A stretch of 64,000 bases of DNA, taken from Cycas panzhihuaensis. Its lineage: Eukaryota; Plantae; Cycadophyta. Below are positions 1 to 15,203 of the stretch, in pieces. Where the stretch lies: NCBI GenBank assembly GCA_023213395.1, contig CM041465.1, positions 139,383,741-139,447,740 on the forward strand, read 5' to 3'. The notes beneath the pieces are model-generated. The model had not been told where the DNA came from. It ran no database searches and was given only the letters and a program-made list of their open reading frames with translations. A program made the position numbers and the translations under genes. Each line of letters opens with the position of its first letter. The stretch's first letter is position 1.

Positions 1-2893
1 ACTTTATACTTGTCAATGGAGCCATCTAAGCAAAACTTGGTCTTATAGATCCATTTTGTACCAGTAATCTTTTTCTTTGGAGGTAAATCAACTAGCTCCC
101 ATGTGTCATTCTTAACAATGGAGTTGTATTAATCTTCCATAGATTTTTTCCAACATTCATGTCAATTGGCCTTAGCAAAGTTTTTAGGCTCACGAGTCTT
201 CAATACCTTGCTCATTAGGGTAAAGTTAACCCTATGTCAGTATGTAGATCTTTGATTATTATCCAAGATATTGCCCAAGTCATGATTTCAATGAACCCAT
301 TTTGGTAAGTTTTGTGGTGGAGGTTGAGATGAAGTTCCCTCACCACTAGGTTCATTAGTGCTTCTCCTAGAATCAAACATAGAAGGTACATATTTAGTTT
401 TGGTAGATGTATCAAACTTTATTAGAACCTCCTTTTTCTTTTCTTAAGGGTCTTGATAGTAGGTATCTTCTTGGAACTTAACATCCCTACTTAACATGAC
501 TTTCCTTGATTTGGGATCATATGCCTTGTACGACTTGGAAGTTTCACTATAGCTAAGGAAAATACATTTGACATTGTGATCATCTAGTTTTGATCTTTAT
601 TGATCAGGGATGTGAGCATAGGCAAGACATCCAAATACTCTAAGATGATGCATGCTTAGTTTGTAACAAGTCCAAGCTTCTTCTAGAGTTTTCCACCTAA
701 GAGCTTTGGTGGAGCACCTATTGAGTAAATAAATAGCTGTGTGTACTGCTTCAACCCAAAACACATGGCCCAAATTCTTGTCCTTAAACATATAGCTAGC
801 CATTTTGACTATAGTGCAATTTTTCCTCTTCGTTGCACCATTTTGCTATGGGATGTAGGGATTAGTGAACTGTCTTCTAATTCCATGATGTACATAATAA
901 TATTTAAATGCATATAAGATAAACTCTCTCCCATTATCCAATCTTAGGGATAAAAGTTTGTATCCACTTTGTTGCTCCACAAAGGTTGTGAAGTCAACAA
1001 AGTGTTGGAAGGCATTTGATTTATACTTGAGGAAGAACACCCATGTCTTCCTTATAAAGTCATCGATGAATATAATGAAGTATTTTACACTTGCTAGTAA
1101 AGGAGTGTTTATAGGACCACAAATATTTATGTATACTAATTAGAGAGGAGTTGATGCTTGATGACTATAATCTAGAAAATTTTCCTTATGGTGTTTTCTA
1201 GGAAGGCGCCCTTCACATAAATTTTTATTCACCTCAATATGTGGTAAACCATTGACCATATCCAACCACTTCATAAGGGTCAAACTATTGTAATTGAGAT
1301 GGCCAAACCTTTTATACCACAACTCACTATCCAAGTTAGCTAAAGTTCTCAAAGCACATGTATCTAAAGGAGTAAGTATATATTTGAATAAGTGATCCTT
1401 AGTCATTTTCCCTTTAACAATAATAGCTTTATTTCTTCTTTTATCTTTATGACACACTCACTATTGTTAAGAATGACTCTGTAGTCCTATCCCATTATCT
1501 GCCCTACTAATAATAAGTTTTTCCTTAGAGATAGGATATACAAGACATCATCTAGATGTCTGTATTCTCCTATATCCATCATCAAGGCTATATTACATCT
1601 ACCAATTGATTCATGGGAGGTATCATCTACAAACATAATGGATCATTTTCTGCTTTTATTCAAAGTTTGAAACAAGTGTTCTTTATATATCATATGAGTT
1701 GAATATCCTAAATCAATATATTAGCTATTGTATTCTTCCTCCTTAGTAGTGAATCTAAATAGAAATAACCTATTATTGTCCCTTGATTCAGTTGTATTAT
1801 GTGCATGCTCTCTAGTGGGTGGTCCATATTTTGAGAATTATTTATCTTCAAAATGGCCACTTTTATGGCAATATAAACAATATAGGGGATCTCTCCTTTT
1901 ATATCTTAAGCTCTTACTTCGTGGATAAGATCGATCAACATTGGAGGATCTCCCCCTTTCTTCATAATGTTGAGGATGATTTTCTCTTGATTTATTGTCA
2001 TAGTAATCTTGATTGGACCTTAAGTATTGAGGGTTGCCTTGATAATTTAGATAATAAGTACATCCTTCAAACTATTTTCTTTGGTTTGTATACTTATGAG
2101 GGTTCTCATTTTGTTGGTGTTCTCCTTGCCTCCTTTGATGAGGGGCTTGATATTTGGGAGGATCTTGCCTAACTTCCCTTTTAGGATTCCCAACCCTTCT
2201 TTTTGGAGGTGATTCTTTGGACCTTGAAGTTCCTACTTGAGAATTGGATTGGATTCATGCCTTTGTAGCAAAAGTATGTTCAAATGACTAATTAGCATTT
2301 TGTTGTTCTTCCATTGACATGAGAATAACACTAAGTTGTTCCACTTTTAATGTGCTTAGGTCTCTTGATATACTTATACTTACAGTGACCATTTTAAAAT
2401 ATCTAACTGCACTAATACATCTTAAGATCTGTTCAACCACCCTTTGTTCTGTTAAGATATCTCCAAGATACCTCATTTGATTGACTATATCTTATACTTT
2501 TGTCATGAATTCTATTATATTTTCTGTGGGTAACATGCACAAGTTTTCAAACTTACTTCTAAGATTTTAGAGTTTAGAAGAGGCAGCTCCTTCGTATATT
2601 AACTGAAGTGTATCTTAAGCTTCCTTTGATTTGATGGACTTACTAACCTGAAGGAATACATGATCTTCAAGTGCACAAAAGATAAGTATCAAAGCTTCAT
2701 TATCCTTCTTAACATTTTCTTTGTAGGTAGCTTTCTCCACATCAGTTGGATTTGGACCTAATTCATTGTACCCTGTTTTCACAATCTCCCACATCTCATT
2801 AGCTATGAGGATGGGTCTCATCCTCCTACTCCAATTTAAGAAATTATTCCCATCAAATTTTGGAATGATCATGTTACTGAAACTTGAGGCCAT
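1..2893 (-). mobile_element. Degenerate Ty1/copia gag-pol remnant (gag, GAG-pre-integrase, integrase, RT N-terminus); continues beyond the left edge of the window
   Basis: Minus-strand fragments: gag 'IPKFDGNNFLNWSRRM..LIANEMWEIV' (2615-2893), 'LWYKRFGHLN' (1140-1457), integrase 'LRLDNGREF' and 'FWVEAVHTAIYLLNR...LRVFGCLAY', RT start 'NDTWELVDLPPKKKITGTKWIYKTK' at 1-120. Many stops. Confidence 0.92.
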
Positions 2894-4251
2894 GTTGAAC
2901 TAAAGTTTTTGTTAAAAAAATTGACAAATAAAGATGAAGTTTATAAGAGTTTTAAATTTGAAGTTCAAAAGAGTTTAAATTTAAAGTTTGAAAAGGTTTT
3001 GGATTTGAAGTTTAAACCAAGTTTCAATAACCCAAGTTTTACTCAAAGTTTGAAAAGTGAACTAGTACCTAATAAGGCAGTAGGCTCTAAATTTAGGGGT
3101 CTCTTAGGGAAACTAGGCAAACTAAGCAAACTCCCTCTCTTTACTTCTTACTTTCTCTTTTTATTTATTTATTTTTTTCTTTTAGATTTAAGAGGGCATA
3201 TACATATATAATCACTTGAGTAGTGTGAGTAGATATAGAGGCAAGTTAGACCATAAAGAAACTAAAATAATTACTACAACAATGATATTTTTAATAAAAC
3301 CAAGACCAAACAATGAGCGCCTAGTGAGGAGGTTGAATCGTGGCATTCAAAGGACATGTCATGTGACAATCCTGAGCATTAGCAGTGGGACATGCATGGA
3401 GCAGGGTCCTTCGATCAGTGATCATGGAGAACTAAGATATCTACTACAACTAGGGGCATGTAAAAATCATTATAGGTTCCATTATTTAAGTTGTAGGTAT
3501 GACAAACAAAAGCCCTAGTAAAACTAGGGTGAAGAGATGATAAAACAATTAGCAAAATATCATTGGATACAAATGGTACACAAGCTAGTGAAAGGGGAAC
3601 CAAAGGCACCTAAGAACTTAATAGGATGAATAAGAGGGTATCACAAAGTACTAAGAGTTGAAAATGTGGTCAGAGCATGTTAGAAAGCTATAAAAGACTA
3701 TGTTGAAGGCATGAATAAAGCATAGGAAATAAACAGTAAAGGCAATAACAATAGTGAAAAATGGGAGGTCAAATAGTATCTGATGCATAATGTGGTGACA
3801 TAAGTAGTAAATTGATAATCAAGGTGAAAATACAATTCCATGGGCTATAAACACCTAAAGGAGATGAGATAGATGATTTGGGGGCAAAAAAGGCTCACCT
3901 GGGGAGAAAAGGGCCATCAATGCTATGCTTCAAATGGTAATAAAATAGAATCCAGGTGCAAGAAGGGTCATTGACCTAAATAGATATGATAAGAGTATCT
4001 GGGATGGCCATGTTGATAATGAAGCCATAAGGAAATAAATGGGAGTTAAAACAACACCCAAATGAAGGGTGAGAGGCCCTTTATATATTTAAGTTTCTTA
4101 AGAATTTTGAATTTATTTTCACCATCACTCATACGATTTCTATAGAAACCTTCTTTGCTACCAAATTTTCCTTTGCCTTTGTGAGCTTGCTGTGGGAGAT
4201 TTAACCATCATATTACTAAGCCAATAGAGCCATTGGGACCGTATCAATGCC

Positions 4252-6600
4252 ATGGCCATAACACACTAAGATCTAATGAGTGGATCTAATTTATTACTTG
4301 TATTTTTTGGCATTTTGTGAATATTTATTTTTTGTAGGTAGGTTGTGCCTATTTAGGTGGAATGAGGCTAAATGGGGCCTATTTAAGGTATTATTTTAGG
4401 ATAGACTAGGGCATCTAAGTGCCCTAGTCTTGATGGGATAGCTATTAGGCCTGGAAAACAACCTTTTAATTTATTTTTTGTAGTGTAGGATTGATTTTCT
4501 ACATATCATAGTAAACTTTATGGTACTACAAGTATTATAACACTATTGTAAATACTCTTAGGAAATTTTTATGGTATCACAAAGGTGTCTCCAATACTAT
4601 AGAGATATTTGTAGTACCATAGAGATATTTATGGCACCACAAATATATTTGTAGTATAAACATGATTAAAAAAAAATATTTTACTTTTAAAAATTTTATT
4701 ATATTTATTATTGTTATTATTATTATTTGAATTATTAGTCATTGAGATGTAGACCTTAGGCTCTAATGATTGATTCGTGTGATTTTTTGTGTGTGTTTTT
4801 AGGTTGTTATCATGATTAATAATTACAAAAATATTAGGATGCCTATGTTAGGACTAGTAGATCTAATAATAGCATGAGATTGAGAGGTGTTATGGAGGTG
4901 TGGGCTACTAAGAGTCATCACAATGCATTAGTATGTATTAGATTAGGCCCTCCTTATAGACACTATATCATACTAGGACAAGAGGAGGCAAATTTTTTAC
5001 GTGCCAATGGTAGGGGTTATAATAATCACTGTTAGTGATATCAAGAGGATCCCAGGGCTATCTATGAGAGGAGTGCCACCTAAGATGGGGGTTTTACCTA
5101 GTACTTAGGATACCAATTAGGCAATTGTAAGGTATTTTTGTGGTAGGGTGCATTAGGATTAGAAAGTAGGAAAGGTGAGGAGGACCATGACAATGGCCAT
5201 TCCTCATATGAGAAAGCTCATTAAATTCACTATTCTATTCCATATATCTCAATGATAGAACTATTACAAGGTGCCCAGAGGTTGAATGGGCATCATACAC
5301 TAATACAAGGATGGGGAGAGGTTGGATTGGGTAGCCCTTATAATGGCTAACATGTAGGCCTAGTTGCACTATATCCAAGTAATAGGGCATGGTGGATTCT
5401 CTTATTGCTATATTTTGCAGTGCTAGTTCTTTGATAACTTTCATGGAGTGGGACCTATAGTAGGGCCACAACTAGTAGCATCGAGTGGGCCACTAATTCA
5501 TAGGTGGTCATCATGGTTCTATAGTTTGGAAGAGTTAGAGCATGTTTGTTAATCAATAGATATGACTTCCTTAGATCTACTAACCCTTGATGACTATATG
5601 AGGCATCCCTATTAGGGTGTCCATTAGGACAATAATGAGGAGGGAGATGGAGAGACAATAAGGTAGGTAGTGGAGGCCAGAGAGGAGTAGGGAGAGGGAG
5701 ATGAAGCTACCAGAGGGGATGAGGACAAGGTACAGACTGCTAAAGATGAGGAGGCACATGATGCCGTTATGGGGGTAGGTTAGGGAACATGCCAAGAGGT
5801 TGCACTAGCTCTAGAGGATGTTTCTCAGAGAGGTATTACCCTTTGCCTTTTGATTTTAGCCTATTTTAATTGCTCCTATTATTTGATTATATAATAAGTT
5901 TTTATAGATTTATTACTGACATCCAAACTTCTTAATTGGTAGGAAAGGGTATTATGGTAAAGATTGTTAGTAGGGTTATTGTTGAGCTATTTCTTATATT
6001 GTATACAAAGGGCCAACCTCCCATAGTGGATAGTGGGGAGCCAGTATCAGTGTTCCCTTATATAACAACATTTTCCCCCTTATTGAGGGTAAGAGAGATG
6101 TGGAATGTAGAGGTCCACTAGCTACAGTCAGACCAAGACTAGATCCAGGCTAAGAGGAGCCAACACTATATAGAGAGGAACTAGTTGTAGGACTAAGTGA
6201 GGGAGTTAAAGGCATGAGGTATGAGGATCTTACCTCTAGTTATAATGGCACCCATACAAACAACTCCTATCATAGAGGTATAGATTTCTATACTTGAGAC
6301 TCAACTTCAGGATATCTAGGAGGAGTGGGATCAACTCCATTCTAGATATGATTAGTTGGTGGAGCAGATGATAGCCCACTTGTCAAGGACATATACAATG
6401 ATAATGACATAATGATGCTAGAGGGAGGAGGATCACTTATAAGATGAGGAGAGTGAGGCCAAACCATCACAGTAGCTAAGGAGGAGCTTTGGGGGTACAT
6501 GAACCCCCCTTCCCCTAGAGTAGAGGAGACAACAACTGAGGGACGACACCTCCTGAGGGTAAAGGGAATAGTTGCATTTTATATTTTGTAGAGAAAAGTT
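4252..6600 (+). pseudogene. Decayed three-exon plant mobile domain (PMD/MAIN-like) gene of the old Tat copy
   Basis: Exon 1 4252-4275 (MAITH*DL, donor mutated to ATGAGT); acceptor TTTTTAG at 4802; exon 2 4803-5832 'LLIDTISY*DKRRQIFYVPMVG', 'LDWVALIMAN', 'ILQC*FF'; GT-AG intron 5833-5942; exon 3 'YTKGQPPI...FSPLLRVREMW'. Colinear with the young copy. End approximate. Confidence 0.82.
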
Positions 6601-6700
6601 AGGCCTATAGGGATATGGAGTTTATATATATGATTGTACACCCTTATAAGGGTTGTGACTTCCTCATAGGATGTTGTATCCCTTATCTACCTTGTACTCT

Positions 6701-8582
<1,882 letters not shown>

Positions 8583-8910
8583 GGGGGCACATTCATACCC
8601 GACCAATATTTTGTATCTTTTATATATTAGTTGTATGGATATATCTTTATATGTTTTATCATTCCCATGTGTATATGTGCTTTATCTATGTATGTTTAGG
8701 TTGATATCTCTCTTATGTATGGCAGCATAGCTTATACACAAAGCACATACATACTATCCACATGAAATGACATCATGTGATTGACCACCAATTTATGCTC
8801 TTGGAGGAGTCCCGTACCCTATTATGGGGATAATTGCATCACTGGCTAGGAATGGTAAGAGATGACCTTGATGAGATGCCTTTTGAAGAGGTGATAACAT
8901 CTAAGGTAGG

Positions 8911-9080
8911 GATAGTTTAGACTCATTTGAGAGTGAGAAAGGGAATGGGAATACTTTAGTGCCATGCACCCTTTATGGGGGATGCTTAAACTCATGGATG
9001 GGGGTAGTTTAGGCTCATTTTAGAGAAAAGTAATAGTTTAGGCTTGTACCAGAGCAAAGTAGCATTTTAGGCTCATATTG
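8911..9080. repeat. Short degenerate repeat array (core TAGTTTAGGCTCATTT, about 30-bp period) just 3' of the old integrase stop
   Basis: Copies at about 8913, 9004, 9034 and 9064. Confidence 0.65.
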
Positions 9081-9121
9081 AAGCATTTTTTAGCTACCCC
9101 CTACATTGGAGGGCTAAGAGT

Positions 9122-10511
9122 TCAACTATAAAAACCTCTTAAGGAATTATTAATTGATGACCTTTTCAAATTCAAGGCCTTCTAATGTAGCAATTCAGTA
9201 TATGCCATTATTAAGAGTTTAAATGACCACAAAATATCCAACCCATTTGAGGCCAATTTTAGAAAGGCAGTCATATAAATATTATAGTTTAAGGACTTGG
9301 TTCTCAGGGAATAGAGGTCACATTCATGGCTATTTGTCATGTGTCTTTTGGGATTTAGCCTTAGATATAGGGTTGGCTTGGCATGTAATGAGGAAGTTTT
9401 CATCTAATGCTTCTAGATCAAGAAGATGGGCTTAGTTACACCACTCTTTATCTACAAATTCCTTAAGGGAAACCCTTAAGGAAGGGATTTCAACTTCAAG
9501 AGGTAGCACTACTTTCGATCTATAGACCAACAAAAATAACATCATACCTATGGACATCCTAATAAATGTGCAATAAGCCCATAAGGTTGAGTGGAGTTGA
9601 AGGTGCCAATCCCATTAGGATTAGATAATGGTGTTCTTAAGAATATTAATCAAAGTCTTGTTAAAAGTCTTGATATGGCTATTATTTTGGGGATAATAAG
9701 GAAATGAAGTTTTGTGAGGGATTTTGAATCTCACAAAGTTCATCCATCTTTTTATTGTAAAAAAGAGTTCCATTATCCATAATGAGGACATCCAGGAGCC
9801 CAAATCAATAAATAATGTGTTGAAAGCTAAAAGTGGTGACTATTTTGCCTGTTGTGGAGGATAAAAAGATAGCCTTGGCCCATTTGGTGAAGTATTCTAT
9901 GGATGTGAGAATGAATTTGTGTTGGGCCACGGATGAGAGAGTTATGACCCTAATGAGATCAAGACCCCATTAGGAGAATGGCCATGGTGACATTATCATG
10001 TGCAATGCCTTAGAAGGTTGGTGGATTATATTGGCATGTTCTTGAAATATGTGACAACATTGAGCATATGCATGGGCATCTTTGAAAAGAGTTAGCCAAT
10101 AAGAGTCCATGCATAGGATTCATTAGGCCATGGACTAGCCTCCAAAATATCCACCATAAATGTTGTCATGGCATTCATGAAGGACTTGATCAGTTTCGTT
10201 CAAATTAATACAATGAAGGAGGATGCCATCAAATGATAACTTATATAATACTTTTTCAATGAGGAAGTATTACCACACAATGGCCTTTATACATTGTTAG
10301 ACTTTATCACTAGCATCTGTAGGGTACTTTTATTGAGTTAAATAACTCACAATGTCAGCATACCACTTTCTCTTAGTGAAGGGATGCCTGTTAGTCTGTT
10401 GGAGAGCTAAGATAGATTCATCAGGTAAGGAGTCATCATATTTACAAAATTGAGAAGGGGGGTGTTAGTGAGTTACTCTGCCATGACCATCCCCTTCTTT
10501 GATTTGCAACT
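9122..10511 (-). pseudogene. Degenerate Tat-type integrase of the old copy
   Basis: 'SPWPFS.WGLDLI', 'EYFTKWAKAI', 'SFPYYPQNN', 'VLPLEVEIPSLRVSL', all colinear with the young pol. Confidence 0.88.
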
Positions 10512-13500
10512 TTCATACTAGTATTATTTAATGATATCTTAGTTTATAATAAAATATATGAGGATTATTTGACCTACTTGGACCAAGCTTTATAACTTTT
10601 GAAGGAAAATTAAATTTATACTAAGTGTTCTAGATGCTCCTTTGGCACCAATGAAGTGGGAAACCTTAGATATATTATTTTAATAAAAAGCATGAAGGTG
10701 GACCTAAAAAAATTTGAAGACATATAAAATTGGCTAAATCCAAAGTCCCATTAGAGTCTTCATGGATTTTTAGGTCTCACAAGTTATTACCATAAATTTA
10801 TCAATGAATATGATAAAAACACAACCCCATTAACCACATTTGATCCAGAAGGATCTACCATATGTTTACAGGATGCGGAAAATGCTAGGCATTGGAATAA
10901 CTAAAGGAGATATGGCCAAATGGTATCAAAATTATATGAAATTTTGTGTAAAGGTATAAGACACATCCCACTAGATGTGTAAAAAAGGTGGGGTTTAGAA
11001 AATATCATTTGATTAGAGTTCAAGCCTTGTTTTTGCATAAAATTAATCCCACAACTAGCAGAAAAAACAACAAATATATATTATAATTAAATGAATAAAA
11101 ATATAGGTAAATGACATCCAAATGAGCTAAAATTTTGAGGAAGCGGAGGAGACATGTGTTCCTATATGTGTACCAAATTTAAGCTAAATTAGAGTCCGTT
11201 AAGGTTATTTATAAGCCATAATTTTTAAGAATTTCATGAAGGCCACTTGGATAGCAGAAAAATAACAAGTACATATTATCATTAAATGAATATAAATGTA
11301 GTCAAATGACATCCAAATGAGCTAAAATTTTGAGGAAGCGGAGGGGACATGTGTTCCTATATGTTTACCAAATTTTAGCAAAATTAGAGTCCGTTAAGAT
11401 TAGTTACAAGCTACAACGTTTTAAGAATTACATGAAGGCCACTTGGACAACATGCATTCTGGTGGTTAGTGGTTATACTTGCATGATTGCCACTTGTTAA
11501 ACATGCAATTTTGGTTTCTTTATATAAATTGAGCCCTAATACAGGTTGGAGAGGTGGTTCTTGGAGACTTGACTTGGGAAGCATCCTTGGAGAAGCATTT
11601 TGGAGGGTTGGAGTCCCCCTTATGGATCTCAAGGAGAAAAGGTTGATAATTGACTTCTTCACCAACTAAGCTCTTTTGGGATCAACATTAGTTAAAACAA
11701 TTCTTTATAATGGTTAGGATTGTAGAGCATGCTTTTGAGATTCTTAAGGAGGCCATGTGATGTATACATGTACTAGCCATGCTTAATTTTTCTAAACCAT
11801 TCATCATTGAAAGCAATGCCTCTAGGGTCAAAATTAGTGTAGTCTTAATATAGGAAGGATGGCCGCTAGTACTCTCTAGTAAGGTACTTGCTAGCAAGAG
11901 TATGGGAAAATCCATATATGAGAAGGAGGTGTTAGCTATCATTTATATTGTTAATCATTAATGGCCCTATCTTTTAAGATATCATTTCTACATCAAGACT
12001 AACCATCATAACCTCAAATATTTCTTAGAGTAATGGGTATCATCACCTAGATAGTAAAAGTGGTCCATTAAGTTATTAGGCTATGATTATGAGATTATCT
12101 ACAAAAAGGAGAAGGAAAATATGGTGGTCGATGTATTATTATTCAAGTTTAAGGACTAAGGTGTATTGTGTGTTTTATTCTTACTAAGCTTAGATTAGTT
12201 AATAGAAATTATATAAGAATGGCAACATGATGTGTAGGTATAATAACTAATTCAATTATTAATAGTTGATTCTATGGGTAAACCTAAATACTCTTAGGAG
12301 GGCACTATTTGTGCTATAAGGAACATATTGTGCTTTCAACTAAATATAATCTTTTAGATAAGTTATTATAAGAACTATGTATAACACCTTCTATAAGTCA
12401 TTCTAGTTTCTTAAAGATATATAAATGTGTTGAACAAAATTTTTTCTAGCTTGGAATAAAAATTGATATCAAAGGATCATGGAAAAATATGTACTAACAT
12501 CACAAAGGGAAAACCACTAAGGCTTTGGGAATATTACAACCACTACTAATTCCAATGACAATATGGTAGGATATTTATATGGACTTTATTTAAGGGTTGC
12601 CTAAATTAGGGGGTAGATTAGTTATTTTTATGGTAATGGATCATCTTTCCAAGTATGACCATTTTTGTTTATAAGCTTACCCATATAAGGGCACTACTAT
12701 TGCCCAAGCTTTTCTTAATAACATTTTTTGCCTATATGGTAAACCAACCTCTATTATTTACAACTGTAATCCCACCTTCACTAGTTATTTTTAGTAAGAA
12801 ATTTTTGAGATGTAATGAATATAGTTAAAAATAAGTTTGACTTACCATCCATAAACTAATGGTTAGACCAAAGTGGTTAATAAATACTTAGAAATAAATT
12901 TGTATTATTTTGCCTTCAAACAACAAACTTATTAGCTAAAGTGGTTACCTCTTATTGAATTGTGCTACAACACCTCTTATCACTCAAAAACAAAGATAAC
13001 CCTATATAAAGTAATTTATGCTCAACCTTTGCCATCTCTCCTATTATATCTTCTATGTAGCTCTAAGGTATAAGTTATTAATATAACTATTAATAGCTGG
13101 GAGAACCTAATTTGCACCCTCAATGACAAATTGGCACAAACTTAAAATAGGATGAAATAGGAGATTGATCAATACCATTTAGAGTGCTTATTAACTAAAT
13201 GAGATATGATCTTCTTGAACTTCTAAACTTAGAAATAGATATCATTAAAGCATAAAGGTCAATAGAAACTTGTTTCAAAATTATATGGCTTATATTATGT
13301 GATATAAAAGATTGAAAAATTTTCTTATAAGTTAGACCCACCTCTGTCCTCCAAGATACATTTAGTTTTGTATGTGTCTTGTTTCAAGAAGGTTTTAGGA
13401 TAATAGATGCACATGTAATCATGACTGCCTAAGTTAGATGATGAATGATTTATCATGCTTATGGCAAAAGAAATCCTATAATGTCAAATGTGCCAACTTT

Positions 13501-13926
13501 AAAAGCATGCTACTATAGAAGTTTTAGTTCAATGGAAAGGGATGTAATCAAAAGATGCAACATGGAAACCTCTTCACAAACTCTAATAATAGTTTTCAAA
13601 TTTTAAGTTTGAAGGGAAATGCTCTTCAAAGACGGAAGGCATATTAGGACCATTATGTCCTAATTATCTATTGTATAGAGGCATGCAATAGTCATAATAT
13701 ATAAATCATTGTAAACGTCATATAACTCATGTATTTATTTTTGTATATAATGAATCATCTTATATGCACCACTTAATAATATAATTAGGATAAGTCTCTC
13801 ATTTATATTTGTAATTTTTGTAGTCTGAAGGATATATTTGAATCTCTTGTAATTGAGATTTGCTCTTAAGGAGGTTGCCCCTTTGAAACAACTTATGATT
13901 GTTAGTGATTCCTTAGAATATTAACA
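10512..13926 (+). mobile_element. 5'-truncated degenerate chromovirus-type Ty3/gypsy (RT, RNase H, integrase, chromodomain, short 3' LTR at about 13642-13926)
   Basis: 'FILVLFNDILVY' (FFDD motif), 'GFLGLTSYYHKF', 'PFIIESNAS', 'KSIYEKEVLAI', 'YHP.TNG.TKVVNK', chromodomain 'VLVQWKG...DATW' at about 13520-13570. Confidence 0.85.
10841..11684 (+). mobile_element. Solo LTR (844 bp) with an internal tandem duplication of about 195 bp
   Basis: Termini TGATCC...GGATCA; 5-bp TSD ACATT (10836-10840 and 11685-11689); interrupts the host pol between 'PLTT' and 'KNNS'. Repeat units start at about 11086 and 11281; TATATAAA at 11521 suggests + orientation. Confidence 0.85.
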
Positions 13927-14034
13927 TACTCATGAATTTGGTAATCCTATGATTTTATTTATATTTTTTAATATATTATTATTTTTAATATTCATAATTA
14001 TAATTAGTATGATATTAATACTCCAACATGGCCT

Positions 14035-15133
14035 TGTTGGTTTTAGTTAGAAGCAATGATAATAGACATAATAATAGATAAAGAATAGATGCTAAGGTTA
14101 GTGTAGGATAAGTAATAAGGCATAAAAGAGATGAAGTATATATGAAGATGAAACATAATGAATTAGAAACTTTAAATTTTTAGAAAGAATTAAGTACATA
14201 CTTATAGAACATCTCATCATATGTGAGAACCCTCAAGGTTAACCTTTATGTGTTGGCATATTTATTAAAGTGGCACACATGTTAATATGACTATGAATAT
14301 AAAAATTAAATAATACATGAAAGAGTGTTAATAAGGTTAGAATATAATTAGATATTATATTTAACATTTCCTCCTATTACATGTAGTTATATCAAATGAA
14401 ATGTCATGTTAAAAGCATAAATCTTGTTTTCAAATCTTTGTTAGATCAAGTTATTTCAATAATCATAAAGTATTATTAACATCTATATAAAGTGAGCTCC
14501 ATCCACTAGACCATATGGGTAACCAACTACTATGACTATCAGTTAACTAGGTCATTTTGTTGTGTATATAGTTATATTAGTGCTAGGTTTGCTATATTTT
14601 AGGAACATATTATCCTACATAGTCGAACAAGTGAGCCTAAAAGTCAAATACAAGAGTAGTAAAAAGGATGTCCCGACTCTTGCCAAATTGGACTTAAGAG
14701 GAATTGTCATTAGTTATGATGGATAGAAATACATCATAAAGGGCTTTATGACCTCATATAAGGGCTTTATAGCCTCCTCAATTACCTCTAAGGGCTTAGA
14801 AATATCTCTATGGGATTATAATTGTCACTATGGGATATCAAATATCTAATAATATAATATAACATTAACTTAAAATGACATGAAAAGAGAATGTGACTCA
14901 ATACATTAATTAATGACTCTCTAAATGATAAATTTAACAAAATTTAAATGTAAAGTGGGGTCTCTAAATCCTAAAAAGAGCTTATATGATAAAGTTTATA
15001 TTTACACCCTTATTTTGGGATACATTACATTAATATAAATGATATCAAATAGTATGAAACCTTTGAAAATGAATAAATATGCCTAAATATAATAAAAATT
15101 CATTCATTCATATCTATCTATCAATCTATTTAT

Positions 15134-15203
<70 letters not shown>

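Noticed and set aside
8911-9080. CRISPR-like array
   Set aside because: Degenerate tandem units without unique spacers of regular length, in a eukaryotic retroelement context with no cas genes.
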